This document shows positions 12,618 to 23,969 of a DNA stretch of 64,000 nucleotides, piece after piece; the first letter of the stretch is position 1; every line of letters starts with the position of its first letter. Under the pieces are notes generated by a model. The model saw nothing but the letters and a program-made list of their open reading frames with translations. It did no database searches and was not told where the DNA came from. The DNA is from Phaeosaccion multiseriatum (lineage: Eukaryota > Protista > Ochrophyta, other classes): contig OZ218964.1 in assembly GCA_965112735.1 (NCBI GenBank), forward strand, positions 1,612,001 to 1,676,000. The letters are read 5' to 3'. Position numbers and translations under genes: made by a program.

Positions 12618-12653
<36 letters not shown>

Positions 12654-14028
12654 TCAGCAACAAGACAGGCCTTCTGTTCTGCGCGGTCTTTTCGTCATGG
12701 AGAGAATTCATGACTCGGACGGATCGTTGGAGAGCATCGCAGGCTCTGTTGCTCGCGAAAGCACGCACGGCCGTCGCAAGTTCGTGCCCCACCCCCTGCC
12801 CGCCGCGTCAGGAAAGGCTACTGTGCATGGGCCGACTCCTCTTTACTCACCTTTGAAATTCGAATTCCCTCATCATCATCCAGCTGGCTCCTCGGAACTA
12901 CGATCGCCCCCCGCGAGCGGAACAGGCTCACCAGCCACCTCACCATCGGCTGCCATCGCGGGGGATGCTTCAGCAGGACAAGCAGCAGGGGAGCCTACGA
13001 GTACACCACCGACGGGTTCAGCAGCAGAACAGCCAGGGTCGACTGTAGGAGCAGCAGGAGCAGCAGCAGCAACCGTTTCCACCACGGCTGCAGCAGAGGG
13101 GGTGGGCAACACCAAGGACGGTCTTTCGTCTGCTGCCTCTGCTTCTTCGGCTCCAGCGAGCAGGAGCAGTGCCAGTAAGGCGAAGAAGAGCAAGTCAGAG
13201 CGGAGGAAACGCGTCCTGCGCTCGCTGGGTAGCAGAGTTGCCTCCGCAGGAGTAGCCGGCGTGGCAGCGGGAGGAGGGGCCGTGGTGTACCCCACTCCAG
13301 GTCAGCCCATTGCGCAACTGCTCAGCGGCTTTGATGCTTTCGACGAGCTCGGCCTCATCCGACAGCGCGAGAAGTGGGAAAAGTTTGAAATGCTGTCGCC
13401 GGCACGACGGCAGCACCTTGCCTTGACCTTGGGCTTGCAATCCATCGACTGCAACGCCCCGACCGACACGGCATTACCAGAGCTTCGCTACCCGCTTGTG
13501 GTGGCCGCAGCGCAAAACAACTCTTTCCGGCTGAGTCTGATGCTGGCGCTCGGGGCGGATGCAAATCTCGTCCCACCGGACGTGGGGTTTGGCGCGTTGC
13601 ACATGGCCGTCATGTGCAACTCCATCCACTGCGTGCACTTGCTCGTGGCCAACGGGGCTATACTGGACCTTGTCGCCGCGGTGGACGGGGAGCTGGCGAC
13701 CCCCCTCGCCATTGCCTGCAAGGAGGAGTACGTGGAGCTGGCAGATGCCTTACTCAAGCTAGGGGCCGATGTGAACTTTGCCGACCATGACCGGAACCGT
13801 CCGCTGCATCACGCAGTACAGCTCGGCAATGTGGCCATGGTCAAAGTGCTGCTCAAGAACGGCGCGGACATGCTGCTGGCCAACAAGGACGGCTTCACAC
13901 CCGCGGCGTTGGCGAGCAGCAATGGCTCGCTGTCGGAGTACTCGGCGTGGGTGCACGAAGAGGCCAGGCGGAGGGCAGCACTGGCCGAGCAAGAGTTGCT
14001 GCGAGAGAGCCAGGAGTCGGTAAAGTAG
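10291..14028 (+). CDS. Three PAS domains + C-terminal ankyrin repeats (putative sensor); exons 10291-10608, 10753-14028
   Basis: PAS1 GLILHANQACLTILGRDPSSMIGK; PAS2 DGKILWVNAACYKLLGFREHEMKG..RLKRRTG..CVARDV; PAS3 VEYASEATLSMLG. Ankyrins GALHMAV, TPLAIAC, RPLHHAVQLGNVAMVKVLLKNGAD, GFTP. Confidence 0.8.
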
Positions 14029-14406
14029 GATGGGAAGAAGGAGCAGGAGAAGAGTAAGCTGACCCCAACCGTGGAGCCTGTGCAAAGTGTGCCATTGTGT
14101 ACAAGTTATTAGCACAGGAACAGAAGGGGAAAAAATTTGAATTGAAAAATAGTCAACTTTGATACTGTGCATAGTCGTGCATGTGCATGTGTTTTGCGTG
14201 TGTGATATGCGTGCGTGTATGTGTGTGAGCCACAGCGGCTGCGGGACCAGCAGGGAGGGGCACGCCACTTTGTTTTTTTACACCACGATTTTTTCCCCCC
14301 CACAGTTCATTAGCTATTTCGATCTCGACATTACGTAAGCGTGGGCGCGTGCGTGAAAAGTGGTGGAGAGGAGGAGGGAGCTCAGATTTGGCGAGAATCG
14401 GACAGC

Positions 14407-15226
14407 ATGGCAGAGATGGAGATGGCCGTCGGCCTTAACAAGGGCATGAAGAAGGAGCAGGTTGTCTCCAACAAGACCAAGCCCGCGAGGCGAAAGGGGG
14501 TGAGTATGGAGCAAACTGAGGGGGGGGGGAGGGCTACAGGGGAAGGAGGACTGAGCACAGCTGCGGACTGTAATGCCACGAGCAGCAGCAGCAATGTCTC
14601 TCATGGTGGCTGCATGGAGCGTGCGCCTCTTCTGGCTATACGAGTTGCTTCTTCTGAGCTCTGGAAGGAGCGATATTAGGGACGAGGGGGGGGGGAGTGC
14701 AGCAGCAGCAACAGCAGCAGCGGGACAAGAGAGTGATAAGAGAGCACCGAGGTGGCCGCTTCTGCTATGGAGAGAATGTGTTTGATCGAGGGAAATGTGC
14801 AGCAGCCCCCTGCTGCTGCTATACTGCTGGTGCTGTCCCTCTCGATGGGAGAGGGTTCACGGCAGCGCTACAGAGGCATCGGTTTTGGTCTTCGCCTCTT
14901 CTCTTAGAGATTGATGCCCCCTCGCGTCGTATGCTGTCAAGAAGGAGGGCGTTTTGGAAGACACTCACACCCTGCCCCCTAGTCGCACCGCCCCTCTCTG
15001 GCCACCTCTCTCTCGCCCCCGGCTAACCTCTGTTTTTTGCGTCCACTCTCGTCCCTGCTGCTCCTGACCTCCCTGCCCAGGCCCTTGGCAAGCGTGTGGC
15101 GCTTGTGAAGGAGGTTGTGAGGGAGGTGGCCGGACTTATGCCCTACGAGAAGAGGATTCTCGACATGATCAAGACGGGAGGAGCATCAGCAGAGAAGCGA
15201 ATCTACAAGTTCGCCAAGAAGCGAGT

Positions 15227-15265
<39 letters not shown>

Positions 15266-16150
15266 GTGTATATGTGCGTCAGGGCTTTCGGGTTTGAGGC
15301 TGACTACTAACTGGCTTGGGTGTGACGAGAGGGGTGTCCCTGCTCGACGGACTCTTCAAGGCAAACCTGGTGCTGCAGCAAGGGGGGGCAGGGCAGCATG
15401 AGGAGGAGCAAAAAATGTTTGCAGCACATCGATGTGTGCGAAATAGTTGTGAGGAGTGTGTGTACCACCCCCAACCTGACAGAGGGAAGGCCGTATGCCC
15501 TACGGCTTCTTCGCGGCGGTACAGTGCAGCGGGTGGGGGTGTTCTCTCGTACGACACTGGAGCTTGGCTTATGTTAGTGTAGTGCAGTGGCCAGTGCAAC
15601 TCTGACTGAGGGCTTATTACACACACCGAGAACACACATGCGAGCAGGGGGTGGGGAAGGAGGGATGAGCACGACTAGAGCAGAAAGTGAGGGCATTTGA
15701 GTGGAGGTGAAGAGGGCGGCAGGTGCGAAGGGCGTGGGCGGTTCGGTTCGGCATCAACGGCCTTTGCACTCGAGCGTCACCTCTCACCCAGGGGGGGGGG
15801 GGGGGTGAGAGAGCCTGGTGTAGCGACGCTGAACAATCGGCCACAGGCGAAAGGGGCCCCTGCTTTTCTTGAGTAAATGGCGGCCCAGGGCACGGCAGTG
15901 GATGGCATGGAAGACTTGGCTGTGGGACTTGTATCCTGGCTTGAGCAGCTCGTCCCTCTCTCTCCTCTGTAGCCCCCCCCCCCCCCCTTTTCCCTTCCTT
16001 CCGTGGCCTCTCGCTTACCCTTCCCTTCCCTTCCCTTCCCCACCCGCCTGTACCCGCCCTCAGTTGGGTACCCACAAGCGCGCTCTGCAGAAGCGTGAGG
16101 ACATCAAGGATGTGTACGCCAAGATCCGTGCCCGACAGGCCATGGCATAG
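14407..16150 (+). CDS. RPL36: 60S ribosomal protein L36 (eL36); exons 14407-14499, 15081-15224, 16064-16150
   Basis: [15 protein letters not shown]|[31 protein letters not shown]|LGTHKRA..KRE: classic eL36 motifs with canonical splice sites. Confidence 0.97.
15539..15641 (+). ncRNA. Candidate intronic H/ACA-like hairpin (possible snoRNA) in RPL36 intron 2
   Basis: GTGTTCTC (15539-46) pairs with GAGAACAC (15628-35), followed by ACA. Internal stems GTTAG/CTGAC and AGTGCA/TGCAACT. No clear H box. Confidence 0.25.
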
Positions 16151-16324
16151 GCTCGCACAGTAGCAGAGGAGCTGTGTACCGATAAGGGGCCCTGTCGCTT
16201 GCGCTTTTCCTCGGACACATTTACGTTCGCCGCTAACATGTAACTCAACACGATTATGCCATCAACTACCACCAGGCCACAAGTGCCGCACAGCTAGCAA
16301 GGCCAATCCTTCAAACCTTCGTCG

Positions 16325-16365
<41 letters not shown>

Positions 16366-16611
16366 ACAATTTCTTCATCTAATTTTCTTGGAAGTAGCTT
16401 GCGTGCGTTTGTTTAGCACTTTCATCGCGGGTCTTCCGGGCCCTCTCCTCCTGCGTCCCTGAGGACCCCTCCTGCATCCCTGTTGGGTAGGCGTACACAT
16501 GCAGAGTCTGATGCCTGAGCCGCGGCTGAGTGTGTGTGTGTTTGGAGGGGGGGGGGCAGGAGGGATGACACACAACTGCGACCCCAACCAATCAATTGAT
16601 CATGACCATCA

Positions 16612-18386
16612 TCAGTCAAGGGCGTCGAAGTCTGCCCCAGCCCCCGGGGTCGCCGCTACTGCAGCAGACGGAGGGGCGGGCGGAAGTACGTCTTTCACAA
16701 CACCCTCACTACTTGCCGCGACGAGGGACGCAGCAGCACCACCACCTTCACCGCCCTTCGTCGCTGCCAACTGTGGGGGTGGAGGCGGCATCATCACTTC
16801 CTCTTCCCCTCCTCCTCCTGCTGCTGCTTCCGCTTCTGGTGCTGCTACTGCTGCTACCGCTTCTACCGCGGCCACTGCGGCTGCTGCGGCTGCTGCTACT
16901 GCTTCTTCCTTATTGGCCGTCTCTTGGTCCGCAGCATCATCCTTCTGCTGCTGTTGATGGGCCACAATGTTGCGGAGGTAGGCAGCGTCTCTCTTGTCCT
17001 CGAGCATACGGCGCTCCTTCTCCACAGCCAGAGACAAACTCTCCATGTCCATATCATCTTCCTCGTCTTGTTCTTCCTCTTCCTCTTCTTCTTGCCCTTC
17101 CTCCTGCCCCTCCTCCTCGCAACTGTCCTCCTCGTCGCTGCCGTCCATATCCAGACGAACTTCGACGTCCTCTTCTGCCCAGATGTCACCAACTCCTGCT
17201 CCTGCTTCAGCTGGAGGGTGCTCCTGCTCCTGAAGCGAGGGTGGTGGTGGGGGAAGATTGGTGGCTTCTGCTGCTGCTTCTCCTGCAGAAGAGGGGCTGC
17301 TGCCGCCGAGTATCTGCGATACTCTGGCCTCCCTTGCTGACCGGACAAGCTCGCTGTCCTGACTTGGGACGATCGCTTCCCCGGAGAATTCATTCACGGC
17401 ACCAGGTGCAGATGATGCACTCACCACCGCAGCAGCAGCAGCAGCAGCTGCAGCACTTCCAGGAGCAAAGAGGGAAGCGGCCTCGGCTATACTACCACCC
17501 GCAGCTGGAGCCGTGGTCGCCCCTTCTAGCTCGTTCTTCTTGTTCTCCGCCTCCTTCTCCGCCTCCTCCTCTGCCTCCCTCCTCCTTCTCGCCTCCAGAC
17601 CTTCTCTCATCATCTGTTCAAAGGCCTGGTACTGCCTCTCCTCCGCCGCCTTCTTCTCTTCCCTGAGACGGTTGATGGCCTCCCGCTCAGCTTCCTGTGC
17701 TGCCGTGATACCACCTTGGAGAGTTGAGTCGAGGATAGACAGGTTGACAGATCCAAGCAAGTGCGAGTGAGGTGGAGAAGGAAGGTAGGAGAGAGGGGGG
17801 GTGGAGGTGGTGCACGAAAGACGCATGCCTCACAATCTCACCGCACGCACACGCACACACTCTCCCCCTCCTCTCCTCCAGGCCTCTGTATACCACAAAC
17901 AAACTCCCCCTCTCGCCCTCGCCGCCCTAAACGCCCGCCCGCACATACCTTTAGCGAATCCCTCTGCCCAGGCCATGCAGCGGGCCCTTTCGTCGTCAAA
18001 CACGGGCCTATCGTCAAGGTATTTGAGCTGAGGGCAGCGGCTGATGAGCGTCTTGCGGTAGTGTCGGATGTTCTTCACCACGGGGTTGCCCTGTACGTGT
18101 GTATTGTGTTTGAAGCAATATTCGAGTGGGTGGTTGGTTGGTTCATCACGTTGGATGGTTGGAGGACGCGGGAAGGATGCGTAGAAGCCTACAAAGAGAA
18201 GTCTCTGGCTCTGGGCTCAAAGTTGGTTCCGTAGACTGACAAGACTGACCTGGAGGTAGAGCACCCTGAGCTCTCCCATGTTGGCGACCACGTCCACAAT
18301 GTCCACGTCCTCGATGCGGTTGTGCTGCACATCCAGTGTCTGGAGGGAGGGCATCTGGTGATTGTGATGGCCACACGTTCAAACAA

Positions 18387-18423
<37 letters not shown>

Positions 18424-19243
18424 GGGGGGGTTGATGAGTCCCAGGTCTCCGAGGCGAACACAAGTGGCTCGTTCCCCCCTCGATCCCACCAGCACCGAAG
18501 CCCTATGAGCCAACCAACTAAGCAACCAACCAAAACCACATTCATCAGCGCGGTGGACAAGAGAAGACTAGGGAGGGGGAGAGGGGAAGGGGGGGGGGGG
18601 CTACCTCTCACCTGCAGGACGTGCTTGAGATCATCTGCGGTCTTGAGCATGTTGTGTCCCAGCAGTAGAGTGGTGAGGTGGGGGATGTGGTCAAGGCCCT
18701 CAATCGTCTTGACGTAGTTTTTGGAGAGGTTGAGAGTGTCCAGCTTCGTCTGGCACGACAAACCTGTGCTTCCGGAATACAGGACAGGATAGGACGCCCA
18801 CACAAGCAAAGAAAGAAGAAGTAGGTTTCATTGTCGGAGACGGGCGTTGGATGCGAGGAGGGAAGGGGGGGAGGGGAGGAAGGCATGCTGAGGGAGGGGG
18901 AGAGGGTGGAGGAGGGCGGGCGGGCGGGCGATAAGATAGAGAAGGGGCGCGTGAGATGAAAGCCCCGACCACCCCCGAGTCATCTCACCGCACCTTCAAT
19001 CTTTTCAATGAGATTCTCGTGTAGGTAGAGGGTTCGCAACTCCTTTTGGCTCTCGAGGCCCTCAATCTTGATGAGGCCATTGCCCTCCAGCCACAGCACC
19101 TTGAGACCGGTGTAGGCGTCTAGGTTTTGGATCTGTCGGAAGCCCTTGTAGTGCAGGTATAGCTTGTCATTCAGATACGGCGTGTTGTACAGGCCAGTGT
19201 CTTTGCAGAGCTTCTTCAGCAGCTGTGGGGTCAGCTCCGCCAT
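16612..19243 (-). CDS. DNAAF1: Dynein axonemal assembly factor 1 (LRRC50/ODA7 orthologue), LRR protein with long acidic C-terminus; 5 exons
   Basis: [35 protein letters not shown].., SDS22-type LRRs, and the LRRcap [46 protein letters not shown] typical of DNAAF1. Confidence 0.9.
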
Positions 19244-19689
19244 TTCTCCCTGTGCTTGGTCTTGCGGCTGTTTTCTCTACCAGCTTTGCGTATTGGGAAG
19301 GATTAGTGACGGAACAAGGCCCAGAGCTTGCCTCTACCGAACTTTAAACGTTGAGGTGGGGAAAGGGACACGAGTGAACAAGCAAGAGCAAAATTCGAGG
19401 GCTTGTCAGATGTGCTATCATGGGAGAAAGCTCGTCCTCTGGCGTCTATTTTCTCTCTCCTTTCCCTGGTTCCCTCCTCATTTTCCTCACTCCACCTTCC
19501 ATCCTACTCTTTCCTCTCCTTTTTATCCTCTCCTACCTGTTCAGCTGTATTGCAGGGCGCTGGTATAATACAGGTGTATTGGGCCTGCGCCCAAATCGTC
19601 GCAACGGATTGAGGCAAGAGCTGAAACTGAAACTGAACATGAACCTGAAACTGAAACTGAACGGGATCGCTTTTTTTTTTTTTTTTTTA

Positions 19690-20390
19690 CCCGAGCCCCT
19701 GCTTCTTACTTTCGGTCGCAGGCCGCCTCTCCCTCAGGCTTCTGCTTTATCGGGGGCCAGAGAAACCTCGCCTGGGGCCGATTCCCTACGCGGCCAAAAG
19801 CCCCGCAAAGCGCCGTGTTGTCAGAGAAGGCTCAGAGTATCGAAGAGTACCCATGTGCCCATGATAGGCCTTGTGGCGAGTCTCAGGGTCCTCCCCATGG
19901 CGAGGCCCTATGGAGCGTTATCAAAAACTGAAACGCACCAACCATGCAGAGTGTCTTACGGTCGCTCGTGAACAGCGTTCTCTCGGCAGTGGCGGGGACC
20001 AAACTCAGAAACGATACCCATTGAGGCAGGCACACCGGCACCCCATCAGCCATCAGGTAGGAAGTAGGTCCTCTCCGCGCGGCCTCGGGGCTAAATTGAG
20101 GCTCAAACTCAGAGAGCGCCGCTCGCTGGCAGGTCATCTCTTCATCTCCAAACCCCGCCTCGCTCGCTCGTTGCCGGACTCTTGGCCAGCTGTGTGGCCC
20201 TCCCATCTTCCTCGACCATTTGGCCCTTGGGTCTGTACATCTGCAACCTCCTCTGTGTATGGCAGCAGGCCCTCTGAATGGCCGCAAGGTCCTCTTGGAA
20301 CACTCCTTTCTTCTCCTCTCTTCACTCCGGAAAGGATCGAACTTCTTTCCGAGGCCCGGCGCTGAGGACTGCAGAGGGCTTACTTCCCTT
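19690..20390 (+). ncRNA. Unassigned, highly self-complementary intergenic block (candidate structured ncRNA or mobile-element relic)
   Basis: Several stems with G-U pairs on the + strand, including 20060-20074/20373-20387 and 20081-20088/20349-20356. No convincing protein. Confidence 0.3.
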
Positions 20391-20552
20391 CCCTCCCTCC
20401 CTCCCGCCGGTAGGCAGTAGCGGTGTCGGTGTGTCTCTACTGCTGCGAAGCTTGCCAGTGTGATCCGACAAAAGAGTGGGGAGAATTGCAGACTATACGA
20501 GAGTGCTCCCTCGCCTTGTTCATAACGGTACGGCACGGCACGGCCTCCCCGC

Positions 20553-23500
20553 TCAAACGGCGCTCTCGCCCGTACTCCCTCTCTGTAGCTCCTCCACCAT
20601 CTCGATGACCTGTGTGAGAGAGAGGGCAAGCATTAAAGCAACAAGACAGACATAGCAGCTAGTCCTCGAGCTCCCCAGCTCACAATGTTTATCTCTTCTC
20701 CTATGGTACCTTTCCAAGTGCGGCCTCGAAACAACCCAACCAAGTCGACCACCTAACCACTTCGATACTACACCCATTCGTGCGAGTAAGGAATAGCTTT
20801 GCCAAAGCTTGGAACACACCTGGGCAATGTGCGGTCGCTTCTTCGCATCCTGTTGCAACATCGCTGTCACCAGGCTCACAAAACCAGGCGAGAACCTGAC
20901 GGCAGAGAGGAGGAAACGCGGGGGTTTGGGAGCGTGGATGACAGGGGAGTCGGTAGGGCGACAAAAGCACAAAGACAGACGCAAGGGAGAGGGAGAAACA
21001 GAGCGTAAACACCTCTCTGTCAGAAGAGAGACATTTCTTTAATTCAACACTTTGTCGTGCATCGCATCGCAACGCATTCTCAAGTTGTCAGGCAAGTCAG
21101 GGAGTCCGCATCTCCACGGCGGCTCTTCCGACCCCTCCCGCACTCTCGCGGGCACACCCGACACGCACGCACGCACTCACCTATGGGAAGGTGGCCAGAC
21201 GAGCGGCGCGATGACCCGCAAGAAGCTACACTCCACTACACGGGTTGCGTAGCCTTGGTCGCCTCCCCCTCCTCCCCCCCCGATGCAATTGCCATTTGTA
21301 GGGACGAAGTCACACTCGAAAGGCGAGTAGCCAAAGGCCAGAGCGAAGAGAAGGCAGCCGAGTGACCATACGTCGGTGCGGGCGTCAAGAACGGCATCAC
21401 TGGACACGTCGAACAGCTCTGGAGCGCGGTAGGGGAGCGTACAGAACTGACTGGCTTCATCCTGGTATGACGGATACGGTAGCGTGGGGTGGGGTAGGGG
21501 GGGTCGTGGTGCGAGAGTACAGTGGGGGCGAAAATATACAAAGGAGGAGGGGGGATAAGGGAGGATATGGAGGGGATGAAATAGAGATTGGAGTTGTTTT
21601 GAGAAAGAGGGCGTTTGGTGTGCTCTAGAGGGCGCAGGAGCGTGAGGACTGGTCTGAAGGGCCGCGCACACACCCACCCCCCCCCCCCCACACACATATG
21701 TATATATATACACACCCACCCACACACATACATACGCACCTGCACAGCGAGAGCGTGAGTTCTATTCTTGATCACGATGTCAGCAGGGGCCACGCTACCC
21801 AAGTCCATCAAGACGGGTGTGGGGAGAGAGGATGAGGAGCCCAGCGTGAGCATCACGTTCTCTGTGGACAAGGCAACAGGGCAGCCGGTGGGCATGCAGC
21901 GAGGAGGAGGAGGAGGAGGAGGAGGAGGAGGAGGAGGAGGAGAACACGTGAGTAAGAATCTCAATATAGCAGTGACTTCGGCAACAGAACAGAATCACCA
22001 GCAATAGACGCGTGCAACGGGAGGACTGGGTTATTTTTCGGCTGGTTGGTTGTATGGGGCCATCGCTGCCAAGCGTGTAGACTTACCCGGCTTCACATCT
22101 CGATGCGCCTGTGACGGTGTGAATGCATGGCACACACACGAGCAAGCCGCCACCGGATGGGGAGGGAGACATTAAGAGGGGGCGGTGGAGGGCGAGGATG
22201 AGGGAACACGATGTCTATCTCGATCTCGTCGCACCAAAGCCTATATTAGATCTTCCATCCCACTGCGCGACATGACTGTTCAGTACAAGAGACCCCGCAC
22301 CACCGCTCTCGCCATAAACGCACAAAACGAAGGCATATGCATTTATTGACTCCGCCACTCGTTCCCTCCCTTCCTTCACACTTCGATCCTTCAGTCATGC
22401 CTCTTTCTCTCACCCAAGCCGGCGTGTGGCCGTGTAGCTGCGCCAGGCCCTCTGCCGTGCCCCTGAAGAGCTGCAGGATCTCGGGCTCAGAGAAGGGTGA
22501 GCCGTTCCCGAGCACGCGCAAGTTGATGACGTCACGCAGGGACCCTCCACCCTGGGGGATGAAATGGATTAGTTATTGCGCAGGTAGTTGTTAAGGGGGG
22601 GGGTGAGAGGAGAGCGAGGCGGGACGGGGGGTGGAGGCAACACGCGGAGAGGCAAGCACTGGTAATGCAGTGGGTAGGGGGGTTTGACACGATGAGGACA
22701 AGGTCGGTCCAGCGCTTGTTTGTGTTTCTTTCCTCATCATCACATTTACTCTGTGGGTGGCCCTCACCATGAAAGGAAACAGCATAAAAGCCGCTTCTCC
22801 CTGCGTCCCGCAATGGGCGAAAGTCCAGTTGACCAGAGGCATGACGTTGGGGTGATGAAACTGCCTCACGCCACAGCATTAGAGACAGAGGAAAAACATG
22901 GCACGGGGGAAAGGGGTAAGGGAAACAGGCGAGTACACTGATTTAGGGGGGGAAACAGTTGGTACTCAGTTTAACAAAGCCGCCAACACCGCCAACGATG
23001 AATTCACTCCTTCATCCCCCTCCTTTCTCCTCGCTCCGCCCGCCACTACCCTTCTACGCTTAGTCCACTGCTGTTCACCCGCTCCCTAGTCGACCGATCG
23101 CTATCCAATCCCGACCCCCTCTCTCTTTCCTCCCCTCCCCTCCCCGCCTCTTCTCCTTCTTACCTCTCGGTGGGCATCCATCTCCGCCGTGGCTTGATCT
23201 CGCTGCTCCATGGTCTGGCACAACATCTTCTTCAGCGCGAAGGTCTGTCCTCGTCTTCGTCCATCGTGGGCTTTGAACACAAAGGCGGAGCCTCCCTCCG
23301 CGATCGGCCGGGTTTCATCATAGTTCACCCTGTATGCAGATACAGAAAAAAGTACATGAGGACCACAACCACATGCACAGCGTCAGCATGGGTCAGGGTC
23401 AGCGGCCAATGCAGGTCGCCACCCTTGGCTATGGGAGTGCATGAGGATCCTTCTCAAAGGAAAGGGCTGAGGGCGGGCAGAGTGTCACAACTACACCCAT

Positions 23501-23843
23501 CACTAGTGGCACAGCAGCAGTGACTTCAACGATTCAAGTAAGCCGAGTGGAGTAGAGGGGCCTCTCACCTAACTCCATTCTGGAGAGAGAGGGACGACTC
23601 GGAGTGAAACAAGCGCACCACTGCCGCCACTAAGGCAAGAATAGTCGCGTGTAGCCAGCGGTAGATAGACCTAGGTACAATACAATCAACGGATGTGTGT
23701 GAGCGTGGCAGATGGGCTCGATAACAGAGAGAGGGAGTCATGGAAGAACCGCCCAGGAACGAGCTTGCCGCAACGAGAGAAAACCATACTTACCAGACGA
23801 GTGATGAAGGGGATTGCTGCTCCCTCCGTCGCGGAGGAGCCAT
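20553..23843 (-). CDS. STK16/NAK-family Ser/Thr kinase, ~10 exons
   Basis: IAEGGSAFVF, FALKKM, HPNVMPL, micro-exon AHRDVKP|ENVML, LMDLGSV, EASQFCTLPYRAPELFDV, TDVWSLGCLL, GYSPFE. The DLGS and CTLPYRAPELF signatures are typical of STK16. Confidence 0.88.
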
Positions 23844-23969
23844 CCCACAGCCACTGCTCGCTCTGTGACCTCCCTCTTGTCTTGCTTTCTATTGCTCGTG
23901 CCTCTTGATGCGAACGAGCGTGCCTAAAAGTAAAAGCGACCTTCTGTATTGAAATTCAGAATTTTCTTG

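Noticed and set aside
14026-14112. Readthrough of the TAG ending the PAS-ankyrin gene (DGKKEQEKSK.. follows)
   Set aside because: Only 27 further codons, no conserved motif and no recognised readthrough context.
20060-20387. MITE with terminal inverted repeats as a firm call
   Set aside because: No target-site duplication is evident; kept only as an alternative for the structured block.
19883-20629. 248-aa minus-strand ORF as a gene
   Set aside because: No recognisable domain, non-ATG start, and it overlaps the kinase terminal exon in another frame.
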